Assembly (NCBI GenBank): GCA_034226945.1
Contig: CP120454.1
Coordinates: 992,001 to 1,056,000, forward strand
Reading direction: 5' to 3'
DNA length: 64,000 nt
DNA from: Picochlorum sp. SENEW3
Taxonomy: Eukaryota
Part shown: piece by piece, positions 10,434-21,759 of the stretch
How positions within the stretch are numbered: position 1 is the stretch's first letter
How the letters are laid out: each line of letters begins with the position of its first letter
Position numbers and translations under genes: made by a program
The notes under the pieces: generated by a model
Databases searched by the model: none
The model's input: the letters and a program-made list of their open reading frames with translations, nothing else
Told to the model about the DNA's origin: nothing

Positions 10434-11984
10434 ATGTCATTCGCCGCTGTAGCAGTGCGTAATCGATCAAGAGGGGGTGGCTCATCGCTGTTGCAACTTA
10501 GAGGTGGGTTTGGTACATTTTGCGCATGATGCTTCCTTTCCTTGACTCATACGATCTATTGTATAGGTCATTTTCAAAGAACAATGTCGACGACGAGAAC
10601 AGAGTACGATACCTTTGGGCCTTTGGAGGTTCCTTCGGACAAGTATTGGGGGGCTCAGACACAGCGTTCTACGATGAATTTCAAGATTGGTGGTCCGACG
10701 GAGAGGATGCCAGAGCCTGTGATCAAGGCATTTGGGGTGTTGAAGGGTGCAGCAGCACAAGTGAACATGGATTTGGGTGTGCTTGATCCAAAGATTGGCA
10801 AAGCCATTGTTTCTGCTGCGGCAGAGGTGGCTGAGGGTAAGATGATGGATCATTTTCCGTTGGTTGTGTGGCAGACTGGAAGTGGTACTCAGTCCAACAT
10901 GAATGCAAATGAGGTTATTGCGAATCGTGCCATTGAAATATTGGGGGGCACCTTGGGTGACAAGAGCGTTGTCCATCCAAATGATCATGTGAACAAGGGA
11001 GCTAGTTCAAATGACACATTCCCAACAGTGATGCATATTTCCGCCGTGGTTGAGATACGAGAAAAGCTTTTACCAGCGATGAAGAAACTCCATGATGCCT
11101 TGAAAGCCAAATCAGAGGAATTCAAGGATATTATCAAGATTGGGAGGACACATACAATGGACGCCACACCGTTGACCCTTGGACAGGAGTTCAGTGGATA
11201 CGCGACCCAAATGGAATATGGTATCGAGCGTGTGGAGAGAGCGCTGCCTCATCTTCTCATGCTTGCTCAAGGAGGTACTGCAGTGGGGACAGGGCTGAAT
11301 TCCAAGATAGGTTTTGCTGAAGCTGTGGCAGCAAAGGTTGCTGAGATGACTGGATATCCTTTCATCACTGCTCCAAATAAGTTTGAGGCATTGGCTGCTC
11401 ATGATGCGGTGGTTGACATGGGAGGATCATTGAATACAGTGGCAGTGTCACTCATGAAAATTGGCAATGATATTCGCTTCCTTGGCTCAGGTCCAAGATG
11501 TGGGCTCGGAGAACTGGCTCTTCCAGAGAATGAGCCTGGATCTTCGATTATGCCTGGAAAGGTGAATCCAACGCAATGCGAGGCTCTCACCATGGTGTGT
11601 GCACAGGTTATGGGCAATTGTTCTGCCATGTCAATTGGGGGCTCCAATGGGCATTTTGAATTGAATGTGTTCAAACCCATGCTGATTGCGAATTTACTCA
11701 AATCAACTCGACTTATTGCGGACGCATGTGATTCATTCACAGACCACTGCGTCGCTGGAATCAAAGCAAACACAGACAGAATTGAAAAGCTCTTGCACGA
11801 GTCCCTCATGTTAGTGACCGCATTGAATCCCCACATTGGGTACGACAAGGCAGCAAGTATTGCCAAGAAAGCACACAAGGAGGGGACCACTCTCAAAGAG
11901 GCTGCGCTTGCTCTTGGTCATTGCACAGAAGAAGAGTTTGCTGCGTGGGTTCGACCACAGGATATGATTGCCCCAAAACAGTAA
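10434..11984 (+). CDS. FUM1: Class II fumarate hydratase with mitochondrial presequence, 2 exons
   Basis: Exon 10434-10503, intron 10504-10566, exon 10567-11984. [15 protein letters not shown] signature, [18 protein letters not shown]. Confidence 0.97.
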
Positions 11985-11989
11985 TATCT

Positions 11990-12340
11990 TTACATGTAAC
12001 TATACGACACCCGTGGGATATCATGATGTTCTGTAAGAGTGGCCAATTTGTCATTTAATTCTTTGATTCTTTCCCTGTGACTCTTTGAAGCAGCCTTCTG
12101 AGCCCTCTGCTTCTCATACTTGCTCATATGGGCTTCTCTCCTCTTCTCAGCTTCCGTCCTAGTATCTTTCAATGTTTCCTGCTTTTCATCAGTATCTACT
12201 TGATGTGTTGGACTATCAATCAGCGTCTCCTCCTCTGTTGGAAGGGCGGCCTCGGCTTTGCTCTTCTTCTTCCTCTTCTTCTTTTTCAGCTCGACCCCTC
12301 CCTTCAACTTGAGCTTACCTCCGGTAAACGCCGTTGGCAT
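11990..12340 (-). CDS. FAM32A: FAM32A-like spliceosomal protein (DUF1754)
   Basis: GGKLKLKG..KKKK, TEAEKR, SHRERIKELN..L..LTEHHDIPRV. Confidence 0.9.
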   Translation of the reverse strand: MPTAFTGGKLKLKGGVELKKKKRKKKSKAEAALPTEEETLIDSPTHQVDTDEKQETLKDTRTEAEKRREAHMSKYEKQRAQKAASKSHRERIKELNDKLATLTEHHDIPRVSYSYM

Positions 12341-12636
12341 ATTTATTTCTTTCAATCTCTAATATTATGCGTTTTTCTTCTCCAAAATTTGCTCACTCGG
12401 GGCTGCAATGGCGACGTGATACAAAACAAGGAGAGCAATCACGGCAAAACTCAGCAAGTTCTGCGGCAATATAGGGCATTAACAGTGCTCATACATAACA
12501 TATAAAGTATAAATCTGCAAAACATACCGCAAATTTCCCAAGCTGGTCTTCGGTCAACTCAATCATGAGTATTTTCGCTTCTCTTCGAACAGAGCCTCAC
12601 AAGACGGGTCTACTACTGCCTCTAGAATCCCACAAA

Positions 12637-12862
12637 TGAGACTTTACTTTTCAATGCCTGAATCAGGGCGTACAGTTGCTATGATGAGTACCCTTGTTGA
12701 CATTGGCTGGATTTGTCTTGCACAGAATCCAGTGTGCCCATCAACGAGGATGGTTAATGGGAGATCTAATGAATCATGCCTTCCCCATCAAACCAAGCCA
12801 TGGATGGGATGCTCATGTTGTGATTGGCGGTGGCTGCCAGTCGCCTATGAACAGACGTCTCA
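12637..12862 (+). ncRNA. Candidate structured RNA of unknown family (nested multibranch fold)
   Basis: Nested helices by eye: 12637-42/12857-62, 12666-70/12842-46, 12673-93/12806-26, 12692-700/12741-49, 12707-13/12726-32, 12751-55/12791-95, 12757-61/12784-88. Many G-U pairs favour the + strand. Confidence 0.5.
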
Positions 12863-13116
12863 CCTCTCCATGAGGTATTCTTAATCAATAGACGGTACGT
12901 ATTTACATATAGAACCAATTGAAGCAGTTGGATCGCCAGATGAGCCCATAGAGATGGTGGCGTTTGTTTGCTCGACAGCCGCCTACTCTCCCGTGGAGTC
13001 GAAGAACTTCCTGGCACCTGGTCGACTGATGCGGTATACAACAGCGGTCCGATTCTTATAGTTTATTTTATTGTCTTGTAGGTGTCTGTATTAGAATTAG
13101 ATAAACTACTGACGCC

Positions 13117-13705
13117 ATGGGTCGCATGTACGGAAATGGAAAAGGGTTGAGCCGCTCTGCTCTCCCTTACAAGCGCAGTGCTCCTTCTTGGTTGAAGATT
13201 TCTTCCACAGAGGTATGTAGAAATAATGTAATGTGTCAGCAGCAGCCTTGCTTGCGCTATGCCGGGGGATGGCGAGTCATCGTCCGTCGAGTCGGCGGTG
13301 TTGAAAATATTCGTGCTTACATTCGCGATTGATGGGTTGCAGGTGTCTGATATGATTGTGAAAATGGCTAAAAAGGGAATGACTCCTTCCCAAATTGGTG
13401 TCATTCTTCGTGACCAGCACGGAGTTACTCAGGTCCGCTCTGTCACTGGAAACAAGATTCTCCGTATTCTCAAGGGGCTCGGACAGGCACCAGAACTTCC
13501 AGAGGATCTTTACTTCTTGATTAAGAAGGCTGTAGGTATGCGTAAGCATCTTGAGGCCAACAGAGCTGATAGGGATGGAAAGTTCCATCTCATTCTGGTG
13601 GAATCCCGCATTCATAGACTGGCACGTTACTATAAAAAGGCAAAGAAGCTTCCACCAAACTGGAAGTATGAGTCTGCCACTGCCAGCGCACTTGTACAGG
13701 GTTAA
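13117..13705 (+). CDS. RPS13: 40S ribosomal protein S13 (uS15), 2 coding exons, probable 5'UTR intron 12895-13081
   Basis: [20 protein letters not shown]; intron 13213-13342; [25 protein letters not shown]. Confidence 0.98.
13241..13324 (+). ncRNA. Candidate intronic single-hairpin H/ACA-like RNA or regulatory hairpin
   Basis: Lower stem AGCA/TGCT, internal loop CTTGCTT + TGAAAATATT, upper stem GCGCT..GCCG/CGGCGGTGT, ACA at 13319-21. Confidence 0.35.
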
Positions 13706-13747
13706 ATATTAATCAATATATATGATATTGTTGGTGTAACAACCATT

Positions 13748-14596
13748 TTACACAGCCAAGGTGTCAAGGACATAGTGGCAGCATACACATGTTATCAGTA
13801 CACCCATGCAATCCATAATAACTTGGATGCTGGTTCCTGCGTTGGCAGGATCTAATTTCGCCCGTGCGAGGCCAAATGGCAACAATGTGCCGACGACAAC
13901 TGATGTGCAGACAATGAGGAAGAGTGACAGAGCAATTGCACTCGCATTACGTACATCTCCATTCGTTAAATATACACGTATCCAGCCTGCTGCAGAAAGA
14001 CTTGTACCTAGGATAAACGCAACGCTGATTTGTTGTTGCAGCACACGGGTGAGTGAATCCAGCGTTGGTGCAATGGACCCTGTTGCCATGCCTCTAATAA
14101 CTTTGATGGCACTTTGATTACCTGCGTTGCCCCCGGCTCCAACCAACATTGTTAAAAACAGTGTCACCACTAAATGCTCTTTGATTAGTTCTTGATACGA
14201 ATCGAGCACAAACGATGATGAGGATTGTAAAATGAGCAACCCAACAAGCCACTTGCCCCTGTCATACGCCTCCCCGATGGGGCTTTTCATTGGGCTTTCC
14301 GTCACTACTGCCGCATCTTTCTGATGAATACTACTATTCTCTTCTATATCGATCGGAGAATCCTCTCCAAATGATGTTGTGCACAACTCCAACGTTGGGT
14401 CTCCTGTCTCACATCTTTCACTTTGAGAGCTCTCCCACTCATCCAAACTCGCTCGTTCATCTCTATCCTCACCACGTACGGACGCATAGACTCTATCCGC
14501 ATGCTTTCCATCCCTCCATCGAGGCAACTGTCTTGCCACATGAAGGCTTGGACGACCCTGTGCATAGAAATCGTTCCGGTAGTGAAACATAACCAT
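13748..14596 (-). CDS. MgtE-family divalent cation transporter (membrane domain); 5' end uncertain
   Basis: RGKWLVGLL, MLVGAGGNAGNQS, LDPANAGTSIQVIMDCMG. Confidence 0.88.
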   Translation of the reverse strand: MVMFHYRNDFYAQGRPSLHVARQLPRWRDGKHADRVYASVRGEDRDERASLDEWESSQSERCETGDPTLELCTTSFGEDSPIDIEENSSIHQKDAAVVTESPMKSPIGEAYDRGKWLVGLLILQSSSSFVLDSYQELIKEHLVVTLFLTMLVGAGGNAGNQSAIKVIRGMATGSIAPTLDSLTRVLQQQISVAFILGTSLSAAGWIRVYLTNGDVRNASAIALSLFLIVCTSVVVGTLLPFGLARAKLDPANAGTSIQVIMDCMGVLITCVCCHYVLDTLAV

Positions 14597-14979
14597 GTAT
14601 GTTGGAGCCGATTGATGCCTTTCTCTGACTCATATACTATATTTTCCTCATTTATAGAGGCACATATCGTGACCGAATCATCACGTGGTGATTCTCCATC
14701 AAATTATATCTATATGCGTCTTGTACGGAATTAAAATGCTGTAACCTCCTGGGTGTGTGCTACGATTCTTCATGGTTGACATCAAGAACCCACCACTGCA
14801 TAGGCAAAAAGTATTGACAGGATTTCATTGTATCATTCACTCATCATAGTGATACAAGGCTGTACTGTTGTGTGACGACATGCCATGCATGGCGACCCTG
14901 ACCATCTCTTCACAGACCTCAACTATCCAAATGTATCATTAATTTAAGAATACTAGGACCATAGATAAAAACATAGATA

Positions 14980-16575
14980 ATGGCGACAGACCAGCACAAG
15001 AAGCAGCAGCAAAAGGCTGAGATGGCCAAGTTCCGCCGTGGACTTCCCATTGCCACCCGTAAAATCCAGGATAAAAAGCTCAAAGGGAAATTACGATATA
15101 CAGAAAAGATTGTAAAGGAGGCCCAGGAAAATGCAGCAAAGATCAATGAATGGTTGCTTCCCCAAGAAGCTGGTTCTTTGGAACCAGAGGGTATGGAAGA
15201 AACGTGGAGGTACAATCAGCGCGATATTGTTGCTGCTGCCCCAACTGGGGCTCTACATAAAGCATTTGATCTGAATTTAAATGAATTAGGACCGTATAGG
15301 TTGGGATTCTCTCGCAGTGGGAGGCATGCTCTTCTTGGGGGCAGAAAGGGGCATCTTGCATTGTTGGATTGGGAAAAGTTGTCCACTGTGTGTGAGGTGC
15401 AGGTCCGTGAAACAATACGGGATGTACAGGTTCTCCATAACGAGACCATGTTCGCAGCAGCTCAACGCGAACATGTGTATATTTATGACAAACGCGGTAT
15501 TGAGTTGCATTGTCTGAAAGACCATACCATGGTGAACAGGTTGGAATTTCTGCCGTATCACCACCTTCTCTGCTCTGTTGGAAAGGCTGGGGTTCTCCGA
15601 TACCAGGATACATCTACCGGGCAGATTGTTGCAACTCATAGAACGAAAAAGGGTCCCTGTGATGCGATGAGGCAAAATCCGTGGAATGCAGTCATATGCT
15701 TGGGGCACAGTGATGGCCAGGTGACCATGTGGACGCCAAATTTGACAATGCCAGCAGTTCGAATGCTGTGCCATTATGGTCCAGTCAAGTCGGTTGCAGT
15801 CGATCCTACTGGTAGATATATGGCGACTTCAGGTGCCGATAAGACTGTTCGTGTGTGGGATATTCGCATGTATAGACCACTCCATGCATACGATACTCCT
15901 GCGCCAGTGGGATGGACGGATATCAGTCAACAAGGCATGTTGGCCATTGGCTACACGCGGCGAGTGCAAGTATGGAAGGATGCGTTGCAGTATAAAGCGA
16001 ACGCTCCATACTTAAATCACGAAGTGAAGCAGGGTTTGTTGCATGATGTGGCATTCAGACCATATGAAGATGTTTTAGGGATTGGCCACCAGGGTGGTGT
16101 TTCCAGCATCCTTGTGCCTGGAGCTGGGGAGCCCAACTTTGACTCGTACGTGGCAAACCCGTATCAGACAAAGAAGCAGAGACAAGAAGCAGAGGTTCAT
16201 CAGCTGCTTGATAAACTACAGCCGGATATGATTGTACTTGATCCAGAGGGAGTTGGGCAAGTAGCACGAGAGCCAGCTGATGTACAAAAGCAGAGGCAGA
16301 TGGAAGCCGAGGAAGCCAATAGAGCGAGGAGCAAGGCTCGGCGAGAGAAGGCAGAGAAGAAGACAAAGATGAAGGGCAAAAATAAGCCCACGAGGAGACA
16401 ACGTAAGAAGCAGCAGAATATTATTGAGGAACGAAAGCCAAAGATCAAGGCGTCCATGAGGGAGCAAGGTGTGAGTGCTGAGAGAGGCCATCTTTTGAAA
16501 GAAAAGAAGGAGGCCGAAGCCAAAGCTGTTCTTGAAAGCGTACCCCGAGCACTTCATAGATTTTATAAAAAGTAG
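14980..16575 (+). CDS. UTP7: U3 snoRNP-associated WD40 protein UTP7/WDR46 (BING4CT)
   Basis: LGPY..SRSGR, WD repeats, FRPYEDVLGIGH, LVPGAGEPNFDS..ANPYQT. Confidence 0.95.
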   Translation: MATDQHKKQQQKAEMAKFRRGLPIATRKIQDKKLKGKLRYTEKIVKEAQENAAKINEWLLPQEAGSLEPEGMEETWRYNQRDIVAAAPTGALHKAFDLNLNELGPYRLGFSRSGRHALLGGRKGHLALLDWEKLSTVCEVQVRETIRDVQVLHNETMFAAAQREHVYIYDKRGIELHCLKDHTMVNRLEFLPYHHLLCSVGKAGVLRYQDTSTGQIVATHRTKKGPCDAMRQNPWNAVICLGHSDGQVTMWTPNLTMPAVRMLCHYGPVKSVAVDPTGRYMATSGADKTVRVWDIRMYRPLHAYDTPAPVGWTDISQQGMLAIGYTRRVQVWKDALQYKANAPYLNHEVKQGLLHDVAFRPYEDVLGIGHQGGVSSILVPGAGEPNFDSYVANPYQTKKQRQEAEVHQLLDKLQPDMIVLDPEGVGQVAREPADVQKQRQMEAEEANRARSKARREKAEKKTKMKGKNKPTRRQRKKQQNIIEERKPKIKASMREQGVSAERGHLLKEKKEAEAKAVLESVPRALHRFYKK

Positions 16576-16649
16576 TATACGTGCGATTGTAAGCTTCATC
16601 CGGGAAAATACAAATTGTGTCTGCGCAATTTCGTCGTTCTTTGCATTGC

Positions 16650-18035
16650 ATGCTGCCTTTTTGCACGTATGCGCGTCGTATGGTAGTTTGTGTGACTGAT
16701 AGGGGTCTCATGGGTATATTAAATCATAGTCATAGCCATATATACTGTACTAGTGCCCTGAAGTCAGTGCCACAGGGGTCTAGACATGTGCATGGCACGG
16801 GAAGGCTTGGAGGGAGAGTTTATGCGAGCAGCGATGTGTCATCCTCTCCCTCCGATGGGAATCGTTCTGAATTCTCTGAACAATTAAAGGGTAAGCTTAT
16901 TCTGGCACCCCTGACTCGAGGAAATAACCTACCATTTCGACGACTCGTCTCAGAGGACTTTTCAGCTCCTATTACAATGTCAGAAATGGTCTTTGCTCGG
17001 TATCTGATCAAAGGGAAATCCCGCGAGAATGCGTTGATCCGTAGGTCGGATGCAGAGAAAGTGTATGGGGTTCAAATTGCGACGAAAACAATTGATGAAG
17101 GTGTCAAGTCTGGGATTCTTGCAGCAGAACAGGGTGCACAGTTTCTTGATTTAAACTGTGGGTGCCCAATCTATGAAGCTACGCGTCGAGGTCTTGGATC
17201 AACTTTATTGAAAAAACCAACAAAGCTTGCGCGATTGGTAAAAGGAATTGCGAGCGATATCCCAATACCAATGACTGTGAAAGTTCGAATAGGAATTGAT
17301 TCAATCAATGTTGAAAAGGTGGTAGATGCGCTACAGGATTGTGGGATTGCAGCAATCAGCATTCATGGAAGGACTGCTCAGCAGCGATATAAAAAATCTG
17401 CGGATTGGGAGTTGATTCGTGATATTGCAAAACAGTCGAGTGTGCCAATCATTGGAAACGGAGATGTGCTCGCCTTGCATGAGATTAGAAATAGAATGGA
17501 TAACTTTGGGTGCACTGGTGTCATGATTGGACGAGGTGCACTAACAAAGCCGTGGGTTTTCCAAGAAGTTGCGGAAAATAGAGAGATTCTTCCAAGTGCT
17601 GAGGAACGAGTAGTTATATATAGAAAGTTGGTGCAGTATATGAAGGACCACTTTGGTGGCGATGATTACGGAAAGAGAAAGTCGTGGTACTTTTTACCCT
17701 GGCATTTGGGCTTTTTCTGTCGGTATAGACCTCTGCCAGAGGCTCAGTATGCCCACATGAGTGATGCACAGCCGCTGATATCAACAAGGTGGGACAGTGT
17801 AGCTGCTGAGGAACTTGGTGAAACTGTTGACACACTGCCACCTTTAGAGCGGCTTTTGCGATGTGAGTCAACAGAGGCTCATGAAGTTATGTCCCATATT
17901 TTGTGGGACTCCGGGTCTGATGAGATTGCTATTGAGAGGTTGACACAGGAAGCAAAGGAGCATGTAGTTGAATGGGAGGAGGCAGCAAAAGGCAGAGGGG
18001 GAGATGACCAAGAAGACAAGGCGGTGGAAGGATAA
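16650..18035 (+). CDS. tRNA-dihydrouridine synthase, DUS3-like, possibly organelle-targeted; start approximate
   Basis: LAPLTRGNNLPFRR, DLNCGCP, IHGRTAQQRY, IGNGD, MIGRGAL.PW.F. Confidence 0.9.
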   Translation: MLPFCTYARRMVVCVTDRGLMGILNHSHSHIYCTSALKSVPQGSRHVHGTGRLGGRVYASSDVSSSPSDGNRSEFSEQLKGKLILAPLTRGNNLPFRRLVSEDFSAPITMSEMVFARYLIKGKSRENALIRRSDAEKVYGVQIATKTIDEGVKSGILAAEQGAQFLDLNCGCPIYEATRRGLGSTLLKKPTKLARLVKGIASDIPIPMTVKVRIGIDSINVEKVVDALQDCGIAAISIHGRTAQQRYKKSADWELIRDIAKQSSVPIIGNGDVLALHEIRNRMDNFGCTGVMIGRGALTKPWVFQEVAENREILPSAEERVVIYRKLVQYMKDHFGGDDYGKRKSWYFLPWHLGFFCRYRPLPEAQYAHMSDAQPLISTRWDSVAAEELGETVDTLPPLERLLRCESTEAHEVMSHILWDSGSDEIAIERLTQEAKEHVVEWEEAAKGRGGDDQEDKAVEG

Positions 18036-18054
18036 TTGGTACACAACACATACA

Positions 18055-19971
<1,917 letters not shown>

Positions 19972-20287
19972 TCATGCGACAACTGGGCAATTCGTCTTCT
20001 TAAATCTCGTTTAAAAACCCCATTCACGACTACATACTTTGTATTTCCATTGTCCAAAATTAATAAAAATTAAAAACTATGGATTCATCTGCCGTGCATG
20101 GAACAATTGTGTCATTATTACATTATCAATGTCCTTGATGAGGACTGCAGCTGCTGTTGTGTGTACTGAGCAGTACATCATACTGCTCGATTTCTTTCTT
20201 TACATGTATATTTAAAAACCCCATCCCTATGTGCTGTTCCATCTACCCTATAGCATCATATTATTCAATACATGGGCGGTGGGACAC

Positions 20288-20764
<477 letters not shown>

Positions 20765-21297
20765 CTAAGAGTCCCTTTGTTGTCTCGCCAGGAATTCTGA
20801 TTTGAAAAAATGTCTTGTTCAAGAAACCAAGACACGCTCTCGCGTTTTCCTTCACCTACACGTCACTCGAAATTGAGGCTGTATTTATTTGAAAATAGTA
20901 GAGACATTAGAAGACCATGATGTCCTATGCGCATCCGACTGTTTTTAATGTATTATTTATGCGCCACCAGATCGAGGTAGCACAACATATTCGGTCCATG
21001 CTAGTCTTTGAGCGGAACGACTGAAACGGTTATTAGAGCTCAAGTCATGCGTTCGCCTCTCTTCTAGCTCCAGAGCCTGGTATTACTTCTCGACCAGGTA
21101 GTTTGTTGTTGTAATTCTATTAAATATTATTGATACATACGAGGTGCGGATGTGTGGTACAGATGGTGGAATTCTGGACAAGTCTGGTTGAGATTGACGG
21201 TTGGTTGGAGACGAGATTCGCGTAGTCACCTGTGCCCCTGTTTCTGCAGGAATTTGGAATATATATTTGAATATTGGTGAATAGAGGTCGAAATACG

Positions 21298-21558
21298 ATG
21301 GCTGCGAATGGCATTCAGTACAGCGAGCGATACTACGATGATGTGTACGAGTATAGGCACGTCGTGCTGCCACCAGAGATTACAAAAAAGCTTCCAAAGG
21401 GGCGATTGATGTCTGAGACGGAGTGGAGATCGTTGGGTGTGCAACAGTCTAGGGGTTGGGTGCACTATGCGATTCACAGACCGGAGCCTCATATTCTGTT
21501 GTACAGACGTCCCAAGGGGTATGGTCAGAATGGACATGTTGCTCCGATGCAACAGTGA
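21298..21558 (+). CDS. CKS1: Cyclin-dependent kinase regulatory subunit
   Basis: [43 protein letters not shown]. Probable 5'UTR intron ~21098-21249. Confidence 0.97.
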   Translation: MAANGIQYSERYYDDVYEYRHVVLPPEITKKLPKGRLMSETEWRSLGVQQSRGWVHYAIHRPEPHILLYRRPKGYGQNGHVAPMQQ

Positions 21559-21759
21559 TGCATGTCTTTGTTGAATACAATGTGATGAGGACTGGAAGAG
21601 CGTCTGTATTTATTGTGTCTTTCTTGCTTTTTTGTAACAATGTGTTGCATACCTGATGGCGTTTGTTTGGCTCTTTGAATCATGAATCACTACAAAAACT
21701 AGAGTTGCATCAATCATGTATGAATCGCATCGATCCTATTGTTTCTATATTACATTGCA

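Noticed and set aside
12634..12680. TGAGA...CCTGAATCAGGGCGTA resembles part of a TPP riboswitch; GACTTTACTT resembles the U3 5' end
   Set aside because: P5 loop and AGGGA are missing and no thiamine gene is nearby; U3 box A (GGAUC) and terminal box D are absent.
20999..21075. Imperfect hairpin in the RUB1/CKS1 divergent region
   Set aside because: Short irregular stems, non-canonical box spacing, no clean rRNA target.
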